Origin: Candidatus Bathyarchaeota archaeon
GTDB lineage: Archaea; Thermoproteota; Bathyarchaeia; Bathyarchaeales; Bathycorpusculaceae
NCBI GenBank assembly: GCA_963717465.1
Contig: OY970340.1
Span: 2,048,001 to 2,112,000, forward strand
Direction: 5' to 3'
DNA length: 64,000 nucleotides
The notes beneath the pieces are model-generated. The model ran no database searches. It had not been told where the DNA came from and was given only the letters and a program-made list of their open reading frames with translations. The translations under genes were made by a program, and so were the position numbers. This document shows, piece by piece, positions 55,025 through 64,000 of the stretch (position 1 is the stretch's first letter; every line of letters starts with the position of its first letter).

Positions 55025-55693
55025 TCAAAAAAGTTTCGTCTGCTGAGTATTTCTACCGTTTAATGCTTTTTTTGCCGGTTTCCATGATTTCCTTATGCAA
55101 TCTGGAAAGTCATTGTTTTTTTTCAGCCATTGATTGATGAAAATCATGGTTTTCTCGTCTGTTAGGTATCCACTTCCAAAATCGCCATACTTATTTCTTA
55201 AGTCAGCTATTTCTTGGTCGCGTTGAACTTTTGCGATAATAGAAGCAGCAGAAACTATCGGGTATATTCTGTCCGCTTTATGCTTAGAGATTATTTTTGA
55301 TTTAGTTGTTAAGCATTCCTGAATGTGCTGTCTAAAACGATCTTCAACGCACGTCTGCTGCGTCAACGTAGACCTCGTCCGGTTTTAGAAAATCAATTAT
55401 TTTCGCCATTGTTTGCGCTTCAAGCCTATTCAGTTTATGGAGTTTTCTTTGACTTTCAACGACCTTATCGATTTCGCTTGGCGCAAGTTTTATCGTATGA
55501 AAACTTTTGGTTAACTTTGTAATTTCAATGTATAATTCTTCACGTTTCTTAGGCGACAAAAGTTTTGAATCTTTCACTCCGAGCTGGCTTAAAAACTGGA
55601 GGTTTTCTGTTTCCAATGCAACTCCCGCAACAACAAGCGGACCAACTACGCATCCACGTCCAGCCTCGTCAACTCCAGCAATTAACAGTTCAA
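55025..55693 (-). CDS. rnhB: Ribonuclease HII (frameshifted; start approximate)
   Basis: IAGVDEAGRG, GVKDSK, VDAAD, HKAD...VSAASIIAKV, GSGY. Confidence 0.93.
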
Positions 55694-55912
55694 TACACCC
55701 TTTTTCAACGAGTAACTTGGATAATAGATTTCTTAGCTATAAAATTTTTTCATAAACATCTTCTTCAAGGTATTCAGCGTTCTGTTCAGCCTACCCAAAC
55801 CTAAAACATCAATCTGCACCAAAAGCCGTAATCAGACTGAATTCTATCTGATTTTTCTCTAAGAAAGGCTTATAGGCTAATGTTACGGGTTATTTTAAAA
55901 GAGCGCCATTTT

Positions 55913-55928
55913 GGGCGGGTAGATCAGT
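55913..55928 (+). tRNA. 5' fragment of host tRNA-Ala(GGC) (attL)
   Basis: GGGCGGGTAGATCAGT complements the acceptor 3' strand CCCGTCC at 57973-57979, including G3:U70; TATA-like TATTTTAAAA at 55891. Confidence 0.8.
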
Positions 55929-56016
55929 ATACGCCCAAAACGAAAGCAACCCGCCCAAAGAAACAATCCAGAAAATAAAAGACGCACTCCAAGCAATCAA
56001 CGAAACCGAAAACCTG

Positions 56017-56958
56017 ATGAAAGCAAAACAAGACGACAACGAACATATAAAAAAGACAAAAAGAACACTAACACGATTAGCATCAGAAACAGACATTTTT
56101 AACCCAACCGCAGTTTTAACATACATAAAAGACTTAAAAAGAGACAAAAAATCAGCCATAAACCAAGACGTAACACCCGACAAACCACTAACAAAAGGCT
56201 ACAAACTAAAAATAATATACGCCTATGCAGTATTTTGCCAAGCCAACGAAATACCTTTCAAACCACCAAAAATAAGTTACGAATCACCAATACCAATAAT
56301 TCCAAGCACAGAAGAAGTCAATCAAATAATAGGATGCACTTCTAACAACTATGCAACAATTTTCACTATAATGAAAGAAACCGCCGTAGAATCAGACGAA
56401 CTACATAAAACATCAAAAAACCAAATTGACAAAGAAAAAGGCATTCTAAGCATTATAGGAAACAAACAACATAGTAACGGAACCTATAACCTCACAATAC
56501 AAACCGCAACAACGCTAAGAATATATTTAGACAAACCAGAAAAGAAAACAAATTTCAAGCGACAAATACCAAAAGAAGAATATCCATTCCCAACAAGAAA
56601 ATCAATAAGCAAAGCATGGTTAGACGCAAGAACCAAAGCATCCATAAAATACCAAAATAAAAACCTCTTAACAATACCATTAAAAAACTTAAGAAACTAC
56701 GCAGGCGCAGTCTATTATTTTACTTATGGCAAAGACGCAATAGCAACACAACAATTTATGAGACATAAAAATTTGCAACAAACAAGCAACTACCTAAGAG
56801 GAATAAAAGGATTCACAATGCGACTACAAAAAATCGGAAAAATCACAACAACCGCGGAAGAAACAATGGAACTAATACTACAAGGATTCAAAGAAGAATC
56901 AGTATTTAATCAAGGAACACCAAACGAAAAACACGTTTTAACAAAAATAAACATATAA
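56017..56958 (+). CDS. Tyrosine recombinase/integrase
   Basis: LKNLRNYAG (HxLR-like) and FMRHKNLQQTSNYL (H...Y) motifs; very A/C-rich strand; frame open back to 55876. Confidence 0.8.
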   Translation: MKAKQDDNEHIKKTKRTLTRLASETDIFNPTAVLTYIKDLKRDKKSAINQDVTPDKPLTKGYKLKIIYAYAVFCQANEIPFKPPKISYESPIPIIPSTEEVNQIIGCTSNNYATIFTIMKETAVESDELHKTSKNQIDKEKGILSIIGNKQHSNGTYNLTIQTATTLRIYLDKPEKKTNFKRQIPKEEYPFPTRKSISKAWLDARTKASIKYQNKNLLTIPLKNLRNYAGAVYYFTYGKDAIATQQFMRHKNLQQTSNYLRGIKGFTMRLQKIGKITTTAEETMELILQGFKEESVFNQGTPNEKHVLTKINI

Positions 56959-56964
56959 ACATAA

Positions 56965-57039
56965 TGGACAAGGGGGGATTTGAACCCCCGACCTCTACAA
57001 TGCCAATGTAGCGTTCATACCAAACTGGACTACTTGCCC
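56965..57039 (-). tRNA. tRNA-Ala(GGC), intact, element-borne
   Basis: GGGCAAG/CTTGTCC acceptor with G3:U70, CTACA-TTGGCAT-TGTAG anticodon arm, GGGGG-TTCAAAT-CCCCC T arm. Confidence 0.93.
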
Positions 57040-57333
57040 ATATTTTTTAGTTCTACTCCGTATTACCCTTTAAAGGTTACTAAACAGAAAAGCAAAATAA
57101 AAAAAGGAAAAATAATTATTTATCAACCACCTAAAACACAAAGACAATTAATCAAGCAATAAAAAGCACGGAACAGGTGAACATGCGCTATCACACTTTT
57201 TGCCCACTAAATCACAGTCATATTTCAGGAAAACAGAAAACTAGATTATACACTTAAATGTAAAATACGGGTAAAATTAACAAATCATTCGACCGACCAC
57301 CCAACAATAGAGTTAGCCATTGGTCAATGAATC

Positions 57334-57684
57334 TCATCGATGTTCTATTAGACAGAGTCTGACTCCATTCGGGTCTTCGATAAAGGCACACCTTCCAACG
57401 AGTATGGGAATGGGTTCCATTGTGATCTTAGCACCTTTGGCTCTTAGCTCGTTCAAAGTGGCATTCAAATCCTCTACGTCCACTCCGATTGAATACAACC
57501 CTACTTGATAATGTGGGTCTTCTATAACCTCAATCATGGCATCTCCTTCCCCTTTCAGAAGGGTAATCGTCGATCCTGATCGGGGTTTGTATTGACTATC
57601 AACCGTAAACCCCATGACAGAGGTGTAGAATTTTACCGTTTCTTCCATGTTTTTTACTATCATGGTAGAATATTTAACTTTCAT
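57334..57684 (-). CDS. VOC/glyoxalase family protein
   Basis: [35 protein letters not shown]. Confidence 0.9.
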   Translation of the reverse strand: MKVKYSTMIVKNMEETVKFYTSVMGFTVDSQYKPRSGSTITLLKGEGDAMIEVIEDPHYQVGLYSIGVDVEDLNATLNELRAKGAKITMEPIPILVGRCAFIEDPNGVRLCLIEHR

Positions 57685-57905
57685 AATTTTAGCAACCTTT
57701 GAATAACTTTTAAAGTTTGCGTTTGAGACAACTGAGGCTTTTTCTTTTTATTAGTTTTTGAAAGCGCAAATAAAATAAACCTGCACTGATGGTAACTTAC
57801 GTTAGAGTGATTGCTATGTCTGGAACAGAAACGTTGCTTCCGTACGTTAACGATAAGAAAAAGCCAACGGAAACGAAAAAACCGTTTTGCACAAAAACAA
57901 TTTGA

Positions 57906-57983
57906 CGACAGGTTGATCAGTCTGGTACGATCGCCACGTTGGCATCGTGGAGGCCGCGGGTTCAAATTCCGCCCCGTCCACCA
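57906..57983 (+). pseudogene. 3' part of disrupted host tRNA-Ala(GGC) (attR)
   Basis: Complete D, anticodon (CCACG-TTGGCAT-CGTGG) and T arms plus ACCA, but the local 5' strand CGACAGG has two mismatches and lacks G3. Confidence 0.8.
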
Positions 57984-58367
57984 TTTAACTTCATGTTTAA
58001 AGCTTATTTTTGACTTACTGATGATGAGAAGGAATTAGAGAGTTTCAATAGTTATTAGCGAATGCAGAAGCTGAGTCCTTTGAGAGCTTATGATCTGCTG
58101 ATGGATTATGCAAAGAAAACTGATTCTAAAAATAAGACTGGCCGTTTCGAGAAACTTTTTATTGCTTGGCTTGGAACCGCGCGAAGCAAAACTTGAAAAC
58201 TCAGTCAAGCCGGCAAGAAAGCGCAGGCCAAGTTGAATAAATTAATTTTCTTAGTTATCTTTCTAATTTTTAGACAAAAAACGGAAAAAAATTTCTAAAT
58301 AATGATTGCTTTTTACACTATGTTATTGCCAAAGAGAATTTTTGAACATGCTGGCTGTTTTCTTTGT

Positions 58368-58502
58368 TTAAGCAAAGCTTGCTTTATCGACTAGGTGTGC
58401 TGTTCCATCGGGACAGTAGACTTTTCCGCCTTCAGAAACTTTTTGATAGCGCAAAATGCATGATTTCTGCAGTTCGCATCCATCACAATCTCGAGAAATC
58501 AC
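58368..58502 (-). CDS. Cys-rich micro-protein (44 aa)
   Basis: Manual translation MISRDCDGCELQKSCILRYQKVSEGGKVYCPDGTAHLVDKASFA; GAGGGGG SD-like upstream. Confidence 0.6.
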   Translation of the reverse strand: MISRDCDGCELQKSCILRYQKVSEGGKVYCPDGTAHLVDKASFA

Positions 58503-58666
58503 TTTTTATTCTTCCCCCTCTACGGTGAGCTAATATAAACGACTGTGGAATCTTTTAAGGCATTTTACATGACACCCCTTACCTCTGCAGACGCTCAAGT
58601 ACGATTATTTAGTCAAAAATCTTAAGTTGTACCTTGCAGTATCGCTTAGAAAATGGAGAAACCCAA

Positions 58667-58957
58667 ATGAGCGCAGTAGAAACGGCAATGAGCATTGCGA
58701 GCATCATCAACTTTATTGCTTTATTGTTACTGTTGCAAGCCGTTATAAAGAATCGAAACGGGCTTAAAGGATACAGCATAACAGGCTCATTCTTAACATT
58801 TGTATCCCTCTGTGGCTTTGAAGTTGCCTACTACTTAATGAACAACCTTGTCAGCTTGATTTTAGGTTTTGCAGCGGTAATCTTTTGGTTAATAGCCTTC
58901 ATTTACACATTCAAACAAAAACTAAGCAGCACAAAACCAAAAAATCAAGAAGCTTAA
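58667..58957 (+). CDS. Small three-TM membrane protein (PQ-loop/SemiSWEET-like)
   Basis: Three hydrophobic helices, KNRNGLKGYS loop; GGAG upstream of ATG 58667. Confidence 0.6.
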   Translation: MSAVETAMSIASIINFIALLLLLQAVIKNRNGLKGYSITGSFLTFVSLCGFEVAYYLMNNLVSLILGFAAVIFWLIAFIYTFKQKLSSTKPKNQEA

Positions 58958-59156
58958 TCGGCAACTAAAAATTCAATTTTGGGATTATTTTCAAAGAGTC
59001 AAGCAAAACTAACACACATATTTTTTCTTGTATTCCATGGCTGAGGTGTACCCGAGACCGGAAATGAGAACGCGAATTGCGAGAGAGAACGCTTATAAGA
59101 TAAAAAAGCTCCCTTAAACATTTAACACCGCAAAATAGAAATTAACTAACACATGA

Positions 59157-59229
59157 AGCCCGGTGGTGTAGTGGCCAAGCATAGCGGGCTTTGGACCCGC
59201 CGACGAGAGTTCGAATCTCTCCCGGGCTA
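59157..59229 (+). tRNA. tRNA-Gln(TTG)
   Basis: AGCCCGG/CCGGGCT acceptor, GCGGG-CTTTGGA-CCCGC anticodon arm, GAGAG-TTCGAAT-CTCTC T arm. Confidence 0.95.
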
Positions 59230-59307
59230 CTTTTACACTTGTTAAAGAATACCAACTTTCCCTTTTTCCTTGCTTTGATTTAGTGTTCCTGCCCAGTAGC
59301 CTAAAAG

Positions 59308-60272
59308 TTGGTGTCTCTAAATGGCTTCCGCAAGGATTACTTAAGGCTAAACTTCTCGATCAATGAAATTGTTATACAATTCAAAGAATGGGCTACTGAA
59401 GACACATATATGATACTAAGCAAATGGAACCCTAAAAAGTGGAAAAACGACGTTTTTGCGGTTAAATGTGCAAAACGCGGGAATGATGTTTACCGTAGCA
59501 GGGTTGAGAGTAGATTCAGAGGATTAGCCAATAAGGCTGAGGCATTAGCGTTTTTTAACCCGAAAGCGAGAGGAGCGTTAGCGACCTGAGCATTATGGTT
59601 AACATTGATTTACGATACTGAACTCTACGCTTACAAGGATGCATGGGCGAAGATCGGTGTTGAGTTTAACGGTTTCATTGCTTACGTTAGGAGCCGTTTT
59701 GGTAAGGTTTCGTGTTGTCGGGTGTTTGAGTCTTTTGAGAATGGTTATCCTCATATCCATTGTATTTTGCTTTTTCAAGAATACTCCTTCTTAGTCTTTA
59801 GGGATGGTAAGGGTCACTTTAGAGTAAAAGAGAAAGAGGCTATCGATAGTGTTTGGCATAGTAATGTTGACGTTAAAGCCATGAGTTCTCTGGCTGGCGG
59901 TTTCTCTTACCTTAAGAAATATCTTTTGAAAGGAATAGATTTTGAGAAGGCTGATTTAAAGGGTTTGAAGCCGTTGGCTTTATGTTGGTTGTTTAGGAAA
60001 GGGCTTTTTCTGTTAGTGGCAGTTTCCGTAAGGCGTTATCCGACTTGATAATGGATTTGCAGTAGTCAAACAAGAGGTTGGTTCAGGTTACGCTTTTGGG
60101 TGAGGAGATTGTTGAGGAGAAATTCTATGTGTTAGGTTTTGTTAGTTCCGATGTTATAGGTATTGAAAAGGATTGTTGGTTTGCGATTTTATCCTCTAAG
60201 CAAATTGATTCTTTGAATAGCCATCTATCAAAATTCAAGAATTTTGTGATGGATTTTTCAATCTTGAATTAA
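59308..60272 (+). mobile_element. Rolling-circle HUH replication initiator (Rep), copy 1, with in-frame TGA at 59587 and 3' frameshifts
   Basis: Motif I LWLTLIYD, motif II FESFENGYPHIHCILL, motif III YLKKYLLK. Confidence 0.8.
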
Positions 60273-60450
60273 ATTTTAATCTTTCTCTCTCTTCCCTAAT
60301 TAAAAACTAAACGACTGCTAGCGCGCACGCAAACAAAACTAAAACGCGCTAAAAATTCTGCTCGCCAATTTCTTTCTTACGGCGCGTTGATGCCAAGCGC
60401 AAGCTTTAAATCGAATTCGTATGGTGTTAAAGGGAATTAGGGGAAGGTAG

Positions 60451-62154
60451 ATGAAGTTTAAGGTTTGGAAAATTTTATGTTTATTATTTGCTGTGATTTT
60501 TGTTTTGTCAACAATTCATGCAGTCCACGCCACCACTGAGATAGTCGGCACAATACCAGTGGGAATTGATCCAGAGGGCGTTGCTTATGATTCTGGCATG
60601 GGCGAGATATTTGTAGCCAATGAAGCTTCAAACATGGTCTCAGTTATAAATGACACCACCAATGCTGTGGTCGCGAACGTGACTGTAGGATCCTACCCAT
60701 TTTGGCTAGCCTATGATTCTGGCATGGGCGAGATATTTGTAGCCAATGAAAATTCCGGCACGGTCTCAGTCATAAATGACACCACCAACACAGTAGTTGC
60801 AAACGTAACCTTAGGATCCTCCTCATCCGCAATAGGCGTTGCTTACGATGCTGGCAAGGGCGAGATATTCGTAACCGACAGCGGTATGGCCAAGGTCTGG
60901 GTTATATCTGACAGCAACAACACTGTGGTCGCAAACGTGACTGTAGGAGCTGAACCGTTTGGCGTTGCTTATGATCCTGTTCAAAACGAGATATACGTAG
61001 CTAATTATTGGTCCGGCACGGTCTCAGTCATATCTGACAACAATAACACTGTGGTTGCATCAATACAGGTCGGAACAGTCTCCGGGTTTGGATCTTGCTG
61101 GGGGATTGCTTATGATTCTGGAAAAGGTGAGATGTTCGTAGCCAATTGTTACGATAATGATGTTGCAGTTATCAATGACACCACAAACACCGTAATTACA
61201 ACCGCGTACGTGGGAGACTATCCCGAGGGTGTTGCTTATGATCCCGATACAGGCGAAATATTCGTAGCCGACTTAAACGGTCATGATGTTTCAGTGATAA
61301 ATGACACCACCAACAACGAAATCCCCTCGGACCTCAGCTTGGACGGTGGTCACCCTCAGGGCATTGTTTATGATTCTGGTATGGAAGAGATATTCGTGCC
61401 CACCGGCTCGTTAGACACTGTCGCGATAATAGCAAATCCAGCTACTTTGTCTCCTCCAACGGTGACACCTTCACTGAGCACTGTCACTCAAGGGCAAGAC
61501 AGCAATTTGACTTCAACCGCAGTAACCACAGGTACTTCGCCATACACATATCAATGGTTCAGTCAAGCCCCTGATGCATCATCTTACATAATGATCAGCG
61601 GCGCAAATATGTCAAGCTACGACTTCGTATCCACAACTTCAACAGCAACAGGCACATGGAACTTCATACTTCAAGTAACAGACAGCACTGAGGCAGCAGT
61701 GAACGCCACCGCAGCATCAGTAAATGTCAGCACGCTTGCAGCTACTACTACTCCAACGCCATCGCCAAGTCCAACAGCAACATCCTCACCAACAGCTACG
61801 CCGGCGGCATCATCATTCACTTTATCGCCTATTGATATGGTTGCAATCATAATTGTGATTGTTGCGGTTATTGTTTTGTTGCTTTTGTTGCTTTTGTTCA
61901 TGGGTCGCCACACTATTGACGCTTCAGCAGACAAAAATGGCACTATAACTCCGGATGGGAAAATACGCGTAAGCCGCAATGCAAACAAAACCTTCGAAAT
62001 CAAACCCAACGCGGGCTATCAGATATCTGATGTTCAAGTGGATGGAAAACCAGTTGAGGCCAAATCCACCTACACTTTCGAAAACGTCAAAGAAAACCAC
62101 ACAATCGTTGCAACCTTCACAGCAGAACAACCAGACAAAAACAAAAAAACTTAA
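60451..62154 (+). CDS. Secreted YVTN/YncE beta-propeller surface protein
   Basis: Signal peptide, seven GVAYD...EIFVAN...TVSVIND repeats, Ig-like segment, T/P linker, TM helix, C-terminal repeat domain. Confidence 0.9.
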   Translation: MKFKVWKILCLLFAVIFVLSTIHAVHATTEIVGTIPVGIDPEGVAYDSGMGEIFVANEASNMVSVINDTTNAVVANVTVGSYPFWLAYDSGMGEIFVANENSGTVSVINDTTNTVVANVTLGSSSSAIGVAYDAGKGEIFVTDSGMAKVWVISDSNNTVVANVTVGAEPFGVAYDPVQNEIYVANYWSGTVSVISDNNNTVVASIQVGTVSGFGSCWGIAYDSGKGEMFVANCYDNDVAVINDTTNTVITTAYVGDYPEGVAYDPDTGEIFVADLNGHDVSVINDTTNNEIPSDLSLDGGHPQGIVYDSGMEEIFVPTGSLDTVAIIANPATLSPPTVTPSLSTVTQGQDSNLTSTAVTTGTSPYTYQWFSQAPDASSYIMISGANMSSYDFVSTTSTATGTWNFILQVTDSTEAAVNATAASVNVSTLAATTTPTPSPSPTATSSPTATPAASSFTLSPIDMVAIIIVIVAVIVLLLLLLLFMGRHTIDASADKNGTITPDGKIRVSRNANKTFEIKPNAGYQISDVQVDGKPVEAKSTYTFENVKENHTIVATFTAEQPDKNKKT

Positions 62155-62262
62155 CCAATATTTCCTTTTTTTTTTTAACTTTCCGAAAATATAAAATTGG
62201 AAATGCACACTTTTCTGCTCTGCCTTAAATGTAAAAAACAGTTCAACGTACAGCGCGTCGCT

Positions 62263-62425
62263 TTGTCCCTAAATTAGGTATTGAAGTGAATTGGTGATAA
62301 TGCCTTCGCATATTTGTCCATTGTTTTGAGCTGCCTCCCGATTGAAAATCAAACAAAGAACGCTACTAACGCGTAGAAGATTTGAGATCCCATTTCTTCA
62401 AATAAATTTTTTAATTTAGGGACAA
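62263..62425. mobile_element. MITE-like element with 14-bp perfect terminal inverted repeats
   Basis: TTGTCCCTAAATTA (62263-62276) / TAATTTAGGGACAA (62412-62425), plus inner TTGAAG/CTTCAA. Confidence 0.55.
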
Positions 62426-62583
62426 GCCCGCCGTTAAGTTGCTATTGCATTAATACTATCAGTTGCTGTTCTAAATACAAAGCGTTAAATGTGTAGCCTA
62501 ATTAAGTTTGTTATTCTAGATGGAGCCGTAGTCAAAAATCTTTTAAAGTTCATTGCATCAGTAGAAGTTAGAAGGAATAAGAA

Positions 62584-62970
62584 ATGAGCAATCCAGATTT
62601 AGTTCAAAAGAAAAGTAAGAAGAAACTTTATGTTGGAATAATAGCTAGTTGTTTTAATTGTAATAATAGTTGGAGCAATTTCGCTTTATTACTTAAATTC
62701 AAATTCAAATGCAACTGCAACACCAACTCTGTCAAGTATGGCTGGTACATATGTCGAACAAACTTCAAGCGGAACAGGATACACTATAATTCTTTATGAA
62801 AATGGCACAGCTCTATTTAGTACATATTCTGGCACATGGAATATAGTCAACTCAACCACTTTCGAAGGCACATATAGAGTACTATTGGCATAACTCAAAA
62901 CGATTATTTCACAATCACAAATAACGGTTTCACCGCAGTTCAAACAGGAAACGTATACGTTAAAAAGTAG
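62584..62970 (+). CDS. Small membrane-anchored protein (frameshifted)
   Basis: KKKLYVGII-TM start, then AGTYVEQ...LYENGTA...SGTWNI beta domain after frame correction. Confidence 0.5.
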
Positions 62971-63290
62971 ACATACGTGCTTCTAACACTTTTTTTGTTT
63001 CTTCTTTTAGAAAGAGAAAAGCATTATTCTAGTCGGCCAGTACCGTTAAGTTTGTTTTTTTTTGTTAATGTAATAAAATGGATGTTATTGTACAGCTAGC
63101 GGCTCTATGTCCATAAAGTCTAATGCCTTAAACACTCTATTGCCTAGTTCTTTCAATTTAGGACTCCAATAATGCCGTATGAAAATACTAATCAGAATTC
63201 TACCACAATGAAGGCCTTGTTCATCTCTGCTAACACCCAGTGACAACAAATATGCCTGGTAATATAAAGAAAAACAATAAAATCTTACGG

Positions 63291-63631
63291 TTTTCTTAAG
63301 AATTATCTTCGGCTTAATTTTGACTTGCGAAGATTTGTAGGCGAATATCAGGATTGGGTTTCTGAAGCTACTTATATGGTTCTTGTTCGCTGGAATAAAG
63401 AGGAATGGAAGAATGATGTTTTCGCCGTTAAAGGTGCTAAGCGAGGAAATGATGTTTACCTAAGCCGAGTTGAGAGTAGATTCAGAGGATTAGCCAATAA
63501 AGCTTTGAGGAGTTAGCGTTTTTTAACCCGAAGGCGAGGGGGGCGTTAGCGACCTGAGCGTTATGGTTAACATTGACTTGCGATACTGAACTCTGCGCTT
63601 ACAAGGAGGCATGGGAAAAGATTGGCGTTGA
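63291..63631 (+). pseudogene. Truncated Rep copy 2
   Basis: Clear nucleotide homology to ~59330-59663 (WKNDVFAVK.AKRGNDVY...LAT*ALWLTL); ends before the HUH motif. Confidence 0.82.
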
Positions 63632-63818
63632 AGCGCGCATTCGACACAGTAATCGATTGTAAAGTCTTTTATAGTTCGTCTATTCAAATGATAGTAAAAC
63701 TGGGGATTATACGCATGTACAGGTTGCGGGGGAGGATGTTAGTAGTTTCTACAATTTTCGTTCTTTCTGCGAGCATGTCGTCGACATCAACGAAGGATTT
63801 GATTGGTGAGGTGAAAGA

Positions 63819-64000
63819 ATGAAGCATGGGACAACAAAGACTTTGAAAGTTAGCTGTCTCTTTCTAATATTCTTCTTCTTGTTTAGTGCTATAGCATTAT
63901 TGCCTCAGCCAGTTAAAGCAGGCGTACAGGCGATAACAATCACTCAGGGATATCCTGACGGTGTCGCTGTATCGCCCGACGGCAAATACGTCTATGTCGC
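63819..64000 (+). CDS. Secreted YVTN-type beta-propeller protein (partial, runs off window)
   Basis: MKHGTTKTLK signal peptide then YPDGVAVSPDGKYVYV. Confidence 0.8.
   Translation, partial: MKHGTTKTLKVSCLFLIFFFLFSAIALLPQPVKAGVQAITITQGYPDGVAVSPDGKYVYV

Larger units (their letters stand above)
55929..57921 (+). mobile_element. ~2-kb integrative element inserted in the tRNA-Ala D-arm
   Basis: Direct repeat GGT(A/T)GATCAGT at 55918-55928 and 57911-57921; contains integrase, intact tRNA-Ala and VOC gene. Confidence 0.8.

Noticed and set aside
55913..57983. Trans-spliced split tRNA or giant tRNA intron
   Set aside because: No complementary leader/trailer or bulge-helix-bulge seen at the junctions; a duplicated core plus an integrase fits integration better.
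57681..58038. ORFs 57681-57965 (-) and 57811-58038 (+), also 56980-57162
   Set aside because: Shadow translations of tRNA sequences.
58020..58200. Short ORF remnant after the tRNA-Ala 3' part
   Set aside because: Interrupted by stops and not assignable to any family by eye.
60570..61400. DNA repeat array or DGR template/variable repeats
   Set aside because: Repeats are the in-frame YVTN propeller blades; no reverse transcriptase in the window.
1..64000. Genome-wide UGA reassignment
   Set aside because: TGA is the ordinary terminator of several intact genes (uvrC, MFS, citG, thiC); in-frame UGAs are confined to the Mo enzyme and the Rep copies.

Overview
Archaeal chromosomal segment, most consistent with Bathyarchaeia (inferred from mch, an mptN-like RimK ligase, CitG-like protein, thiDN, pelota, ribophorin-I-like gene and archaeal-type tRNAs). 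Housekeeping content: uvrBAC, thiC-thiDN-thiW behind a clear TPP riboswitch, purB, proBA, K+-independent H+-PPase, pelota, rnhB and an H4MPT-related cluster. Many conserved genes carry single-base frameshifts, best explained as uncorrected long-read indels. Main observations: (1) a ~2.0-kb tyrosine-integrase element (55929-57921) has split the host tRNA-Ala(GGC) gene in its D-arm at a 7-bp GATCAGT core and carries its own divergent, intact tRNA-Ala(GGC); (2) an acetylene-hydratase-like Mo/W-bisPGD enzyme has an in-frame UGA at the metal-ligand Cys position, followed by a hairpin resembling a bacterial-type SECIS; (3) two diverged copies of a rolling-circle HUH Rep next to tRNA-Gln share the same in-frame UGA and each precedes a YVTN beta-propeller gene; (4) three paralogous nucleotidyltransferases sit beside citG-mch. 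There are also several small features the ORF track misses: a TA pair, Cys-rich micro-proteins, a ferredoxin, a MITE-like inverted repeat and a tRNA-Ser remnant. All family calls come from motif recognition by eye; no searches were run.
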